Source: Macrostomum lignano (Eukaryota). Taken from it: a DNA stretch of 64,000 nt. Location: assembly GCA_002269645.1 (NCBI GenBank), contig NIVC01003150.1, forward strand, positions 1 to 64,000, written 5' to 3'. This document shows, piece after piece, positions 9,199-20,226 of the stretch. Every line of letters starts with the position of its first letter. Within the stretch, counting starts at the first letter, position 1. The translations under genes were made by a program, and so were the position numbers. The notes beneath the pieces were generated by a model. It made no database searches and was not told the origin of the DNA. It was given only the letters and a program-made list of their open reading frames with translations.

Positions 9199-9780
9199 AT
9201 GGACAAGTACGTTGTGGTCCCCGAGGAGGAATTCAATCAGCTTAGACAGGGTACTCCGCGAGAAATTGCCCCAAAATCGGAGTACGAAAAACTTGTAGAG
9301 TACAATGCAAAGCTACAGACCCAATTGGCTAAAGTAAAACCCCAAAAGACGACAAAGCAGCTATTTTCTGATAGGCAACAACGTATATGGAATATACTAA
9401 CAGAAAAGCACCCCAGCCTAAATTACAACCAATCGTGGGAAGTCGTTTTTGATGGTGAAACTTGGGGTGGCAGCAACGTTTTTGATCTTCTACAAGCCGT
9501 CACCACCAACACTAATAATCACCCGAAATATTCGACCGCTTTCTGGGCTCTGCTAGACAAGGCCCGTATACCAATGTCTATGCTCGGTCGGAAACAGCTC
9601 CCTGTGGAGGAAAAGAAGGTTGACCATATGGTTGGTACCGATGATTACCGCGATGAATATGAGCACACAATTGCGACAGACACCCGCGATTTAACGACCA
9701 CGCGCAACAAAGGTGTAAATGCTATGCCCAACTTGTGGATCAAGGTGCCGGGATGGGTAAATATCACGATTACCAACTAA
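9199..9780 (+). CDS. Conserved Polinton hypothetical protein
   Basis: MDKYVVVP start and W.VVFDGETWGGSNVFDLL...P....F...L...RIP pattern recalled from Polinton ORFs upstream of integrase. Confidence 0.65.
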   Translation: MDKYVVVPEEEFNQLRQGTPREIAPKSEYEKLVEYNAKLQTQLAKVKPQKTTKQLFSDRQQRIWNILTEKHPSLNYNQSWEVVFDGETWGGSNVFDLLQAVTTNTNNHPKYSTAFWALLDKARIPMSMLGRKQLPVEEKKVDHMVGTDDYRDEYEHTIATDTRDLTTTRNKGVNAMPNLWIKVPGWVNITITN

Positions 9781-9951
9781 GACCGCCCGGAACCGAAAAT
9801 ACGATACTCTTTATAAATAGAACCCTAATCCATACATAACCGCGCCCGGCGGTCATGGGCGCAGCAGCCGCCGCATCAAAGCTTTGTGTAGACAACTCCC
9901 CAGCCGACATTACGTGCAACTATTCATGCTGTGCATCCACACTTGTTGTCA

Positions 9952-11031
9952 ATGAGGGCTCTAACCGCTCTTCGTCGAGTTTACGAACAAGGAGCCGCCG
10001 CTTTTTCAAATGCTGCCCGTGTCTATCAGGAGGCCAAACGTCTGGCGCCAAACCTGACAAGACGCCAAACCAGGGAATGGCTAGAAACCCAACCGAGTTA
10101 CACCCGTCACCGGAGAGTCAACAGGACATTTAAAACGGGAAAAGTAATGTCGGGAGGATTCATGGAAACTCTACAAGCCGATTTGATGGACATGTCGCGA
10201 TACAAACGTTGGAATGACGGACATAAATATATACTAGTTGTTATTGATGTGCTTAGTAAGCAGGCTTTTTGTAGGGCAATTAAACTAAAGAGTGATACCC
10301 CCGCAGCGTTTGAGTCAATGTTGGCGAATGATTTCCCTGCCCGCCCCCTTTACCTGCACGTGGATCGGGGTACCGAGTTTTATAATCAGCGAATGCGCCG
10401 CATACTAAAAGACAATAATGTTAAAATGTACAGCACCAACTCTGTGTACAAGGCAAACATGGCCGAGAGGCTGATTAGAACTCTTCGAAAGCGTCTGGCT
10501 CGCTACTTTGAGCACAACAACACGTGGCGTTGGGTTGACTACTTACCCAATTTGGTAGGTAATTACAACAACACGACGCATTCTACTATTGAGATGAAAC
10601 CGTCAAGTGTAGGGTTCCACAATCAGAAGCGTGTGTGGGAAAAGCTCTACCCGGATCAGCAAAAAGACGACCCCGTATATAAAAAGGGGGATTTTGTGAG
10701 AATTTCGAAATCTCGCCGGGCATTCGACAAGGAGGCGTACGACATGTATAGTGAGGAGGTGTACATTATATCCAAAGTTTGTCCTGGACCCCCACATTTT
10801 TATCGTATTTCTGATTTGTCTGGTGAAGTGATTGAGGGACGGTTTTACTACAATGAACTGTCCAAATCTACCCGACCCGAGCGTTTTGTAATCAATAAAG
10901 TTTTGCGTAGAAACGTGTTAATAAATGGTGTTGCGCACCATTACGTTAGCTGGCGCGGTTATCCCGACACTTTTAATTCATTTGTACCTGTAAATGAAGT
11001 TATAAATATACGTCAACGTAATAATAACTAA
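9952..11031 (+). CDS. Retroviral-type (rve) integrase with C-terminal chromodomain
   Basis: DDE triad LQADL / LHVDRGTEF / AERLIRTL; YILVVIDVLSK; chromo-like YVSWRGYPDTFNSFVP. Confidence 0.97.
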   Translation: MRALTALRRVYEQGAAAFSNAARVYQEAKRLAPNLTRRQTREWLETQPSYTRHRRVNRTFKTGKVMSGGFMETLQADLMDMSRYKRWNDGHKYILVVIDVLSKQAFCRAIKLKSDTPAAFESMLANDFPARPLYLHVDRGTEFYNQRMRRILKDNNVKMYSTNSVYKANMAERLIRTLRKRLARYFEHNNTWRWVDYLPNLVGNYNNTTHSTIEMKPSSVGFHNQKRVWEKLYPDQQKDDPVYKKGDFVRISKSRRAFDKEAYDMYSEEVYIISKVCPGPPHFYRISDLSGEVIEGRFYYNELSKSTRPERFVINKVLRRNVLINGVAHHYVSWRGYPDTFNSFVPVNEVINIRQRNNN

Positions 11032-11034
11032 TGC

Positions 11035-12170
11035 ATGGCTACCATGCATCTCTTTCTGCCTAGCAATGCGTGCCCCGAGCACTATCCCGAAAATAATCCG
11101 GCTCATTATTTTATTAATTTACCGGACACTCTCCACTTTCCGAATCATGAGGTTTGCCTCGAACGGATCTACTTTACCAAAGAATTTGAATCTTTCAAAA
11201 AATCTATACCGATCACCATTCGCGAACAGGAGGGCCTCTTGACGGCTTCGTCGTTTGCAAACCTTTGTCTCGCAGCGGGTCTGAAAACCCCTGAAGAATG
11301 TATTTCCGGCTTTCTAAACGGTATCCGATACGTTGAAGGGGATAATAAGAAAATTGTCTTTTTAAGAACATCCCCAACCGCCTTTATGATTGTGAATACT
11401 TCAAAATCCACCGTCGGCATCAAATTCCCGGATACCCTACCCAAGGTGTTTAAACTAGTCGCCGGCTTCGAGTCTAATGAGGATCTACCTACTGAACTCG
11501 TATTACACGCGGGGTGTGCAGCCTCCATCACCGCAGTTGTTGAGGAACCGACTGTGCAGTCAATGGACCATGCTCCAATAATAAGACAAGTTACTAGCGC
11601 AGCGTCTGATCAAATATTTTTTATGCAGGGAGGATACTATAGTACACCTAAAAGAATGGTGGAGGAACTCAACAATTTAATTTGGAAACGGATCAAAGAT
11701 CTCATAGCGGCTCCAGCACCTAGAACGGACTTTTTCGGATACAGCGAAGTTACGAATAGGTGTTATTACATTGGCTCGATGGATTACATGTTTGGGCTGG
11801 GGCGCTTGACCGGCATGCTTGGTTTCCCAGAGCATGATTATACAACCCCATTTTTCGGTATATCGGACTTTCAGCCACATCAATGGAATTAACCGGTGGA
11901 ATACAAACAATGTACATCTATTCGAGCATAGTCGATTCTGTTATTGTAGGAGACGTTAAAGTTCCTCTGTTGGGAGCTATACCGATGGATCCCAAAGTTC
12001 AGGGCGGTCGCGAGTACTACGAGTTTGTCAATCCGGCATATCTACCGCTGGTTAAGCACCCATTCAAAACTATTGAAGTACAAATTAACGATGATATGGG
12101 CAGGGATATGACAAAAGTAATGAGGGGCAAGACCGTCTTGAGCGTTAACATCCGCGAAAAGAAGCTATAA
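11035..12170 (+). CDS. Minor capsid protein (penton), split by a 1-nt frameshift near 11851-11855
   Basis: N-terminal HLFLPSNAC..YPENNPAHYFINLP (11035-11892) and C-terminal MYIYSSIVDSVIVGDVKVPLLG..YEFVNPAYLPL..IEVQINDDMG (11883-12170) are the two halves of a Polinton penton. Confidence 0.85.
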
Positions 12171-12213
12171 ATAAACAGCACAGCCTCAGTAAACTATATC
12201 CTAGTGCTTAATC

Positions 12214-12558
12214 ATGCCTTCTATTCTGATTGGTGGAGCTTTGCCTGTTTTCGCGGGCGCCCAGAGGGGCAACGGTTTGTTTGGAAGCATTGCCCGCTTC
12301 GCGCTGCCAATTCTAAAGAGTTTTGGTAAAAACGTTCTCCGTCATGGTACTAGAGCCCTAGCAACTACTGTTAACGATAGCCTCGAGCAAGGAGGCAATT
12401 TGAAGGAGTCTGTCCTGCGCAATTCTGTTCAGGCTGCCAAGGACGCCTTTAAAGACACGGTTACCCAAAGGGGTAGCGGACGAAGAAGAAAAAAGGCTCC
12501 GAAGCGTCTCAATTCAGACATTTTCAGCACTATAAATAAAAAGCCCCGCTTCAATTAG
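12214..12558 (+). CDS. Polinton core/membrane-lytic-like protein (QRGxG motifs)
   Basis: FAGAQRGNGLFGSIARFALPILK amphipathic helix, second QRGSG, basic tail with DIF. Confidence 0.75.
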   Translation: MPSILIGGALPVFAGAQRGNGLFGSIARFALPILKSFGKNVLRHGTRALATTVNDSLEQGGNLKESVLRNSVQAAKDAFKDTVTQRGSGRRRKKAPKRLNSDIFSTINKKPRFN

Positions 12559-12587
12559 ATTCGCCGAATCGAGTCTGTCTACTAAAC

Positions 12588-13871
12588 ATGTCCGAGTGTC
12601 TGTGTACAAAGTCCGAGTTTGAGCTCTTTGCCCCTCGAGCCCACCAGATTGCCGCTGTAGGTTCAACTACTGAAGAAATCCACCCGGTTGCCAGCGTCGA
12701 AAATGCGAGTGTGGTTGAGTTTAGAATTGTGGGCGGCGAGACGTTTGTCGATCTTAATGACATTGATCTCGAGATTAAAGGTTGTATTAAAAGAGCTAAT
12801 GGAGCCGATTTGGCGGCGGATTCAAACGTGGCGCCAATCAATTACCTCTTGGAGACCATGTTCAAAAACGTGTCTCTTTCCATAAATGGTACACATATCG
12901 AGTCTAGCAACAACAACCATGCCTACAAGGCGTACATTCGTACATGCTTGAGTTATGGGTCTGATTCAAAGTCTAACCAACTGCGGATGATGGGCTACGC
13001 TAAAGACGCTGGGGGTCAAATGGCTGCGGTTGGAAATCCTGGCTTTGTAACTCGCAAGGCGATGGCTGCCGGTTCTCGAACATTTCACCTGTATGGCCCT
13101 CTTAGTCTCGACTTTTTTGTCACCAACGATCGTATGCTGCTACCCTACACTGATATGGTGGTTACGCTCACTCTGCAAAATTCGGGATTCGTTGTAGAGA
13201 ATCACGCCGAAGGGGTTGATGCAAAGTTGGTTCTTCAAAGTGCAAAATTACACGTTCGTCGGGTAAAGGCTAACCCCCAACTGGCCTTGGAGATTGAAGA
13301 ACAGCTGGCAACTCAGAATGCAGTCTACCCCATCGAGCGCCTCGTTGTACACAACACCTCTGTCGCTGTAGGAGTTCGCGACGTGTCAATCAATAATATT
13401 TTCCCGGAGCAGAAGCCTAAACTTGTCATTATGGGGATGGTAAATAGTGCCGCATATAACGGGGTGGCTACCCATAATCCGTTCAATTTCGAGCCATTTG
13501 GGGCTGACAGTGTGGCCCTGTACAAGGACGGTGTCAGTCTGTGCGGTCAACCATTCACTCCAAGGTTCGCTGCCCAAAACTATGCTCGCGAATACGCCAT
13601 GCTGTTTAAGAGCCTAGGGAAAATGAATCGCGATTTGGACATTGACCTGTCATATTCGGATTATCGCGCCGGTTACTGCTTATTTGCGTGGAATCTAATG
13701 CCCGATATGGAACTGGGTGGACATAGCATGCCTCGCGAGAGAGGGAATCTGACCCTACAGATAAAGTTTTCTGCAGCCCTACCTGCCGGGATTAACGTTT
13801 TGGTGTTTGGTTACTTTGACAACGCGGTGCAAATCACTAGAGGCCGCCAGCCCATTCTGGACTACGTATGA
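12588..13871 (+). CDS. Major capsid protein (double jelly-roll, Polinton PY)
   Basis: 427 aa; CTKSEFELF, EFRI, INYLLETMFKNV, YKAYI..LSYG, PKLVIMGMV..AYNG...NPFNF, GYCLFAWNLMPD, GNLTLQIKF. Confidence 0.95.
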   Translation: MSECLCTKSEFELFAPRAHQIAAVGSTTEEIHPVASVENASVVEFRIVGGETFVDLNDIDLEIKGCIKRANGADLAADSNVAPINYLLETMFKNVSLSINGTHIESSNNNHAYKAYIRTCLSYGSDSKSNQLRMMGYAKDAGGQMAAVGNPGFVTRKAMAAGSRTFHLYGPLSLDFFVTNDRMLLPYTDMVVTLTLQNSGFVVENHAEGVDAKLVLQSAKLHVRRVKANPQLALEIEEQLATQNAVYPIERLVVHNTSVAVGVRDVSINNIFPEQKPKLVIMGMVNSAAYNGVATHNPFNFEPFGADSVALYKDGVSLCGQPFTPRFAAQNYAREYAMLFKSLGKMNRDLDIDLSYSDYRAGYCLFAWNLMPDMELGGHSMPRERGNLTLQIKFSAALPAGINVLVFGYFDNAVQITRGRQPILDYV

Positions 13872-14305
13872 ACACGTTGGAAATTTTGGAGTGTTTAAAA
13901 CTACCTGTGGAAGTGCACGTTTGCCCTCTCGACAGAATTCCTGCACCTGTTTACCCTGCTGCATATGTAATTAATTTTGACACGGGTAATCTGCCAGGCA
14001 CCCACTGGGGACTGATTTGCCTACACGATGATAAGAGTGTGACATTTTTTGACCCTCTGTGTATTGAACCCGTGCCGGAATTGCTCTCGGCTTGGATCTC
14101 GAAGCATGTACATTCACCTGTTGCTATGAATCGCCACCCTGTTCAACACCCTCTAAGTGTAGCGTGTGGGCCGCATGTGATTTTTGTGGCCGAAAAGCAC
14201 TTTTTAGAGGGGTTGTCGATTGAAAAGATTTTAAGGGAATGTTACTCTACCAATCTGCTTGAAAATGATTTGATGGTTCGAAAACATGTTCTACAAATAA
14301 AATAG
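13868..14305 (+). CDS. Adenain-like cysteine protease
   Basis: Catalytic residues present: GTHW, FFDP, VQHPLSVACG. Confidence 0.95.
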   Translation: MNTLEILECLKLPVEVHVCPLDRIPAPVYPAAYVINFDTGNLPGTHWGLICLHDDKSVTFFDPLCIEPVPELLSAWISKHVHSPVAMNRHPVQHPLSVACGPHVIFVAEKHFLEGLSIEKILRECYSTNLLENDLMVRKHVLQIK

Positions 14306-14339
14306 TTTTTAATATTTGGAGTGTCAACTCGCCCTGAAA

Positions 14340-14969
14340 ATGTACCAAACAATTGATCCTGACGCTCTAAAGTTTGCTCCAAATACTTCGGCGATTTTTG
14401 CTGGTGTTAACCAGAGCGGAAAAACAACTCTTGTTAAAGAATTGCTGCGAAACGAGTTTTTTCAGGACCCTAAGCCTGTTCGCGTTGATTGGTTTGGGCA
14501 CTATCCAGACCCGGAACTGTTTGAATTACCGTACCCTGTCAATTTTCGCTCGTCTACATTTAACCCTGAAACCTATGTTCCCGCTCCGAATATTCTACTC
14601 GTTGTCGATGATCAAATGCAAGCCATGGAAAAAAACGCTGCTTTTACCGCATTTTTCACTCGCAAAGTCAGCCATGTGGGATTCCGGCTTTGGTACCTTG
14701 TACAAAACCTGTTTGCCAAGGGCAAGGAGCACCGCACTCAATCCCTTAACGCAAACTACCTTGTATTGTTCCGCAATGTACGGGACGTTAGTACAGTCGC
14801 CCATATTGCAAAGCAGCTTGTCCCCGCTAACCCAAAAAGTTTTGTTCAAATGTACGAAGACGCCACTAGGGAGCCCTACTCCTACTTGATTGTTAATTGC
14901 TTGCAGAACGCATCTGTTCGCTACTATGCTAATGTGTTGGGGCGCTACCCCGTAGTTTATGCTAAATAA
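14340..14969 (+). CDS. A32/FtsK-HerA genome packaging ATPase
   Basis: Walker A GVNQSGKTT, Walker B LLVVDD, LVQNLF, RTQSLNANYLVLFRNVRD. Confidence 0.95.
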   Translation: MYQTIDPDALKFAPNTSAIFAGVNQSGKTTLVKELLRNEFFQDPKPVRVDWFGHYPDPELFELPYPVNFRSSTFNPETYVPAPNILLVVDDQMQAMEKNAAFTAFFTRKVSHVGFRLWYLVQNLFAKGKEHRTQSLNANYLVLFRNVRDVSTVAHIAKQLVPANPKSFVQMYEDATREPYSYLIVNCLQNASVRYYANVLGRYPVVYAK

Positions 14970-15060
14970 AACACTGTTGGAGAGCTTTGCTCTGTTTGCC
15001 GGATGGCCTGAACCTGAAACAACTAAAATACGTGTTTTTTCTTTTCAAGTCCTCTACTGC

Positions 15061-15700
15061 CCTGGGGGAGCTCTCTATCACTCACCGCCGGTCTGTCCCT
15101 CTACCACCCCGGCCTGGGGAAGCTCTCTGTCCCTCCGTGTGACTCACACTCCCTCTCTGTCCACGCCGCGTGCTGCGACATGCCAGGGCAGCGCAGGGTG
15201 CCTCCACGCACTCTCTGTCCCAGCACCCCGTGTCTCTTTGTACCCCACCTCATACTGCTACAGGGGGCCGCCTGTTATCTGTCCCTTGCTACAGGGGGAT
15301 GGCGGCTCTCCACGCACTACCCCTCCTGCTACAGGGGCTGCTCTCTGTCCCCCGCATGGGGGGCCGGTTGCTCAGTGTACAGGGCTGCGTCAGCATCGGG
15401 GGTTTCCTTCCTACACTAACCGCGTGCACACGACATTGGTGGGAGGGGCGGGAATCCCCCCGCCGGATGTACACCCCGAGGGAGGCCCATGCGCTGAAGG
15501 TACACTCGCTGGACGCCCAGCCGGCCGGATGTACACTCGCGGGAGGCCCACCCCGCTGGAGGTACACTCGCTGGACACCCACCCCGCTGGAGGTACACCC
15601 CGGGTGTACACCCCGAGGGAGCACCTTGCCGCGGTGCTAGAGGCCGACATCAGCCCGACGGACCTTCGCAAAATCGCGCCATCTGCCAGTCCATAGTAGT
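15061..15700 (-). repeat. Right terminal inverted repeat
   Basis: Ends TAGTAGT; CCTGGGGGAGCTCTCTATCACT at 15061 is the reverse complement of 5821-5842. Confidence 0.95.
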
Positions 15701-17499
15701 GGGGGTCACGCCAGTTAAGGGTCACAGGGACGGATCAAGATCTCTCTTGAAGGGACATCTGTTTCGCAGGGGATCATTTTATCATTTCATTTCAAGAGAA
15801 ATTCAAGCGAGATTATAGCGCTATAATTAGCACCACAGTAGGGATCGTAATGCTATTTTTGGTGTCACAGGAGGGATCTTAGTAGCATTGATCGCAGATG
15901 GGATTTGACTCCCTGCAGACGTGGATCCAGAAAATTTCTTGAGGAGGGAACCCCTACACCCTGACGAAGCCCTTAAGCGCCAAAATAAGAAAGCAAGTGC
16001 CAAACTAGCAAGGGTCGAGGCGCAAAAACTAGGCATCATATTGCTGGCAGTCAAATGACGGTATCTCCTGTGATTTATTGACCGTTTATGTTACCAATGT
16101 GCCGGATTTACGAGTAACTGGAAGAAGAAGCAACACCTGCTTCTTACAAGTTCATTTCGGATTTGAGAGAGGCGTTGGAGAAAAGTTGGAACAAGGTTTG
16201 GCGGAATAGGCGAGCCTCCCCGCCGCATCCCGGACGGACCGGAGCCCCTGCAGTTAAGTCAAGCAAGCTACTATTTGAAACAAAGCTCCTCCCTCTTATG
16301 CGCTACCTTGGAGACCGCTATTTAACTGCGACCATATCTCGTAAATAGACAAATGTACAATGCTTTCAAACTAGTCATTGTGGATAGAAATAAGTTCGCA
16401 TGAATAACATCAAATCACGCTATTTTGATCTCCAATTGGAAGCCTTGAATAGCAGAGAAATCCGAAAGATTTCCAACAAAGCTATCAGCCCCATTTAATC
16501 CCTTTCGGGGCGATTCCGGGTACATGGGAGTGATTCAACGCACATTTGATTTTCCCATCATGGTTCCGAAATTAAAGTTGGACAAAGAAGAGACACCTTT
16601 TAGGGAAATAAGTTAAGCTTAGACGGTAAATTAGTGCATTAGTGCCAGACAGAGAGTATTGAAATTGAAAGCATGCATCAGCTTTTAGAGCGCAGCGATA
16701 AAGGCGGATCAATTAGGTTCAGTCAAGCTGGCAAAGCGTCAAATATTGTATATGGATAAAATGATGTGGAGAATGTTTTTTATAAATTCACTCCGCGAGT
16801 CAAGCTGGTGGAAATCTATTTCACATATTGATGTTCTCTGTACGTCAGTTTTATCAACTAAATTCATTTCTATACGAACCAGAATTAATTGATCAAACAG
16901 AAAATATATAATAACTGAATAGTTCAGTCAAAATATGAAAAGTATGGTTTCTCTTTAATAAAAACCTTATGCAAGTTTCTAAATATAGCCATTCCTAAAT
17001 CAGGTGCCAAAAGGTTTGAGGATATAAAAACACAGCAATCTAAGCAGCATCCTTGACAGCAGAAGCAGCAGACAGGATGCTGGCAATGGCCGCCCGCAGT
17101 GAGTGTGTGGCAACAACAAATGACCAGCCTCTATGTTTAGGACGCAATTAACAACAAGTCAATGTTTTGTAATTGCACTTTAGAGCAACGTAATGGATGG
17201 AGCTTTACAAGGAAAGCAACTTAAACACTAGGCCAGTAATGGTATAAGCCATCAGAGTGGTTAAAGGACCTAGGCAGCACCGGGACGACGAGTAAGAGGA
17301 TGCATTAAATTACATGAAATTAAGACACCGCATCTGTCTGCCAGTGCCAATGCACATAGAAAACGCACACATAAATATGAATTCTCCTATTCATTGCATG
17401 CACTGTGCAGCATCACTTTCCATTGCACTGATTTAGCCATAGTTTCCATGCAAACCAAATTTATATTTTACGATCAAACCCAAGCAGACATTCCGATTT

Positions 17500-17592
17500 A
17501 ACCCCAAATTAATGTGACTGCACTTGGAATCAAGCCTGGGCCGCTGGCACATAGGAGCGCCACACTAGACCAGTAGGCTACGCCCCCCCCCC
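17500..17592 (-). mobile_element. tRNA-derived SINE head (degenerate)
   Basis: Minus strand TAGCCTACTGG (A-box-like) ... GGCTTGATTCC (B-box-like). Confidence 0.45.
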
Positions 17593-18094
17593 CATAAGCC
17601 TGGGGTTTGGCTCTCGTGACTATGACGAACGCGAATGAGTGCGACCGCACACGGAATCGAAGCATTAAGAGTTGAGCTGTTTCTGCACTCAAGTGGCTTG
17701 GTGGACTCTATCGCGATTAATGGCCCTGTGCACCTGTTCTAGCATGCACAGACTGACGGAAAAAGGACAGTTCAACCTACCTAATCCAGTTGCGACAGAC
17801 GCAGCAGCCGGTGGCAGGTACCGCTGCCTGAATGCGCAAGGCAGCTCCCAGGAGACACTGCATGCATTAAAGAACAGTTTAGGCCAATGCTGCAGAGCCA
17901 TTCTGGGTTGACTAAGTACGCAACTCACTCAGCTAGTCATAGAATAATAACAGGCTGGGAAATAGCAGGTGTCTAACATCAGCTACCTGGCTATGGAGCA
18001 CGTAATAATTATTTGAACTGACATCGATGCTCAGTCAGTACTGCGGTAAGCTTAGACAGCTGGCGACTTGCTGGGCCAGCCTGCTAGACTGCCG

Positions 18095-18632
18095 ATCTGG
18101 GAGGCTGGTGCAGCAACTGAGGATCTGGGAGGCTGGCCCAGCAACTGAGGATCTGGGAGGCTGGCTCAGCAACTGAGGATCTGGGAGGCTGGCCCAGCAA
18201 CTGAGGATCTGGGAGGCTGGCCCAGCAACTGAGGATCTGGGAGGCTGGCACAGAAACTGAGGATCTGGGAGGCTGGCCCAGCAACTGAGGATCTGGGAGG
18301 CTGGCCCAGCAACTGAGGATCTGGGAGGCTGGCCCAGCAACTGAGGATCTGGGAGGCTGGCCCAGCAACTGAGGATCTGGGAGGCTGGCACAGCGACTGA
18401 GGATCTGGGAGGCTGGCCCAGCAACTGAAGATCTGGGAGGCTGGCCCAGCAACTGAAGATCTGGGAGGGTAGCACAGCAACTGAGGATCTGGGAGGCTGG
18501 CCCAGCAACTGAGGATCTGGGAGGCTGGCCCAGCAACTGAAGATCTGGGAGGGTAGCACAGCAACTGAGGATCTGGGAGGCTGGCCTAGCAACTGAGGAT
18601 CTGGGAGGGTGGCACAGCGACTGAGGGTCTAG
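18095..18632. repeat. 28-bp minisatellite (~18 copies)
   Basis: Unit CAGCAACTGAGGATCTGGGAGGCTGGCC. Confidence 0.92.
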
Positions 18633-20226
18633 GATGTTAGCGGTGAGCCAACAACGGAAAATTGAGGTTGGTGAAATTCGCGGAGGATGGTTATCAAGCA
18701 CATGCATGGATACAAGGAAAAAGGTTATTGAGTTTCCATCACAATCCACGAAAACACCGAATTTCCCTATTATCCTATTTAGAGTAGTAATGGAAGCGAA
18801 AGACAGACAAAATTAAAGACACCTGTACTAAAAGATATGCAATATAAGTGGCTATTTCTGAAAGTGGCCGTTTATTTAGAAGTTACCCTTTCAATTATCA
18901 AATGTGCTTTAACCATACGCCAAAAAGCATAATATTGCTCTACTAGATTGGGTTGTTGGTTGTCGGTGTGTGTACTTTAATGTCTGGGACTAGATTGGGG
19001 GCTGGTTGCCGGTGTGTGTATTTTAATGTCTGGGACTAGGTTGGGGGTTTGGTTGTTGGTATGTGTACTTAAATTGGCTGGGACTAGATTGCGGGGTTGG
19101 TTGTTGGTGTGTGTACTTTAATTAGCTGGGACTAGATTAGGGGTCTGGATGGTTGGTTGTAAGTGCTTACTTCAAAGAATAGGCTACAGTGACAGTAAGT
19201 ATTATAAGTGTTGCGTCACCAATGCCAATTAATATAAAGGCAATATGATTTAATAAAATGTTTCAATGGAAAGTATATATATATATATATAACAGTTAAT
19301 CTGGTTTTAAAATATTTAGTGTTACATCGCGCAAAAATATTATAAGGAAGCAGTTATGCTATATATAATTTAAAAAATAGGTAGATATCAGCCAAAATCT
19401 GACGAAACAAAAGCTATTATAAAAACCGACACCAGCAGAAGCGGAAAAATCCGCGGTCAATAAAATCACCTCTGATACATGTAGTATAATAAATCTCGTG
19501 AATAGAAAGACGCGCAGACAACTTCGGCTTAAAATATGAGCACAAGAGCATACGGCAGCAAAGCACCAGGCCCCAAGTGAGGAAAGCAATTAGTTAAAAG
19601 TACAAGGTACCAGTCTATTTGTAAATGACCTTAGTTGTAAGCGTGTTATAATTCCACGCCTAGATTGCATGCACCAGCACCGACATTGTGACTGACCTTC
19701 GGTTCAATAAACAAGCCACACCAGAGACCAATAAACAAATCATTTATACGCCATAAATCATGTACAAGCACGAAGTAAACAATTTGTAATCCCTGGATTA
19801 ACTAGACTAGCTGGAGAGGTTATCAATAATAATGCAAATTATTAAATTCTGCTGAAATCTGATAAGATATGCGAACATGTAATATCAAGTAACAAATACT
19901 CGTAAGTAGGTATTAGAAGTAGTAGAACCCATTGTAAGAGGTAAAAGTCACTAAGAAATCGTAGTCATTGGTTTCGATCGCTTTCTCTGCCGTCAAATAG
20001 TTTAACAAACTAGCTAGGTAAAACGGTTTACGCTACATATCGGTAGTGTGAATATAACTGCAAATAGTATGCAATACGATAGGATACCTTTCAAAAATTA
20101 CTTTTTCGATACATATCGGCAGTCCAGAAGCAATAGAAACTATGCCTCTCTAAAATAATATACGCAACATATCGGCAGACAATGCGACAGAATTTTGAAA
20201 GGCCAATAGTGCCAGTCCAGGGATCG

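Larger units (their letters stand above)
6693..12538 (+). promoter_or_regulatory. Recurrent TATAAATA boxes upstream of viral ORFs (6693, 8781, 9070, 9812, 11001, 12166, 12531; variant CATAAATA at 5886)
   Basis: Seven exact copies on the coding strand. Most lie about 35-57 nt before a plausible start ATG; the 9070 copy is 129 nt before ATG 9199. Confidence 0.7.
5198..15700 (+). mobile_element. Polinton/Maverick (adintovirus-like) endogenous viral element, 10,503 bp, lacking a DNA polymerase
   Basis: TIRs of ~640 bp, 6-bp TSD GGGGGT (5192-5197, 15701-15706). Contains rve integrase, double-jelly-roll MCP, penton, adenain protease and A32-like ATPase; all genes on +. Confidence 0.95.

Noticed and set aside
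5918-14969. Bacterial prophage or contamination (Fic gene, compact intronless genes)
   Set aside because: The MCP, penton, adenain and rve-chromo integrase are Polinton types. TIRs and TSD join cleanly to eukaryotic flanks, and the promoters are TATA-type.
5843-15060. Hidden or fragmented protein-primed DNA polymerase
   Set aside because: No PolB motifs (DxxSLYP, KxxxNSxYG, YxDTD) were seen in the listed ORFs, and no gap is large enough. A six-frame HMM scan would confirm.
15790-16900. Possible decayed transposase or helicase next to the right TSD
   Set aside because: Coding-like composition, but many stops and no recognisable motif.
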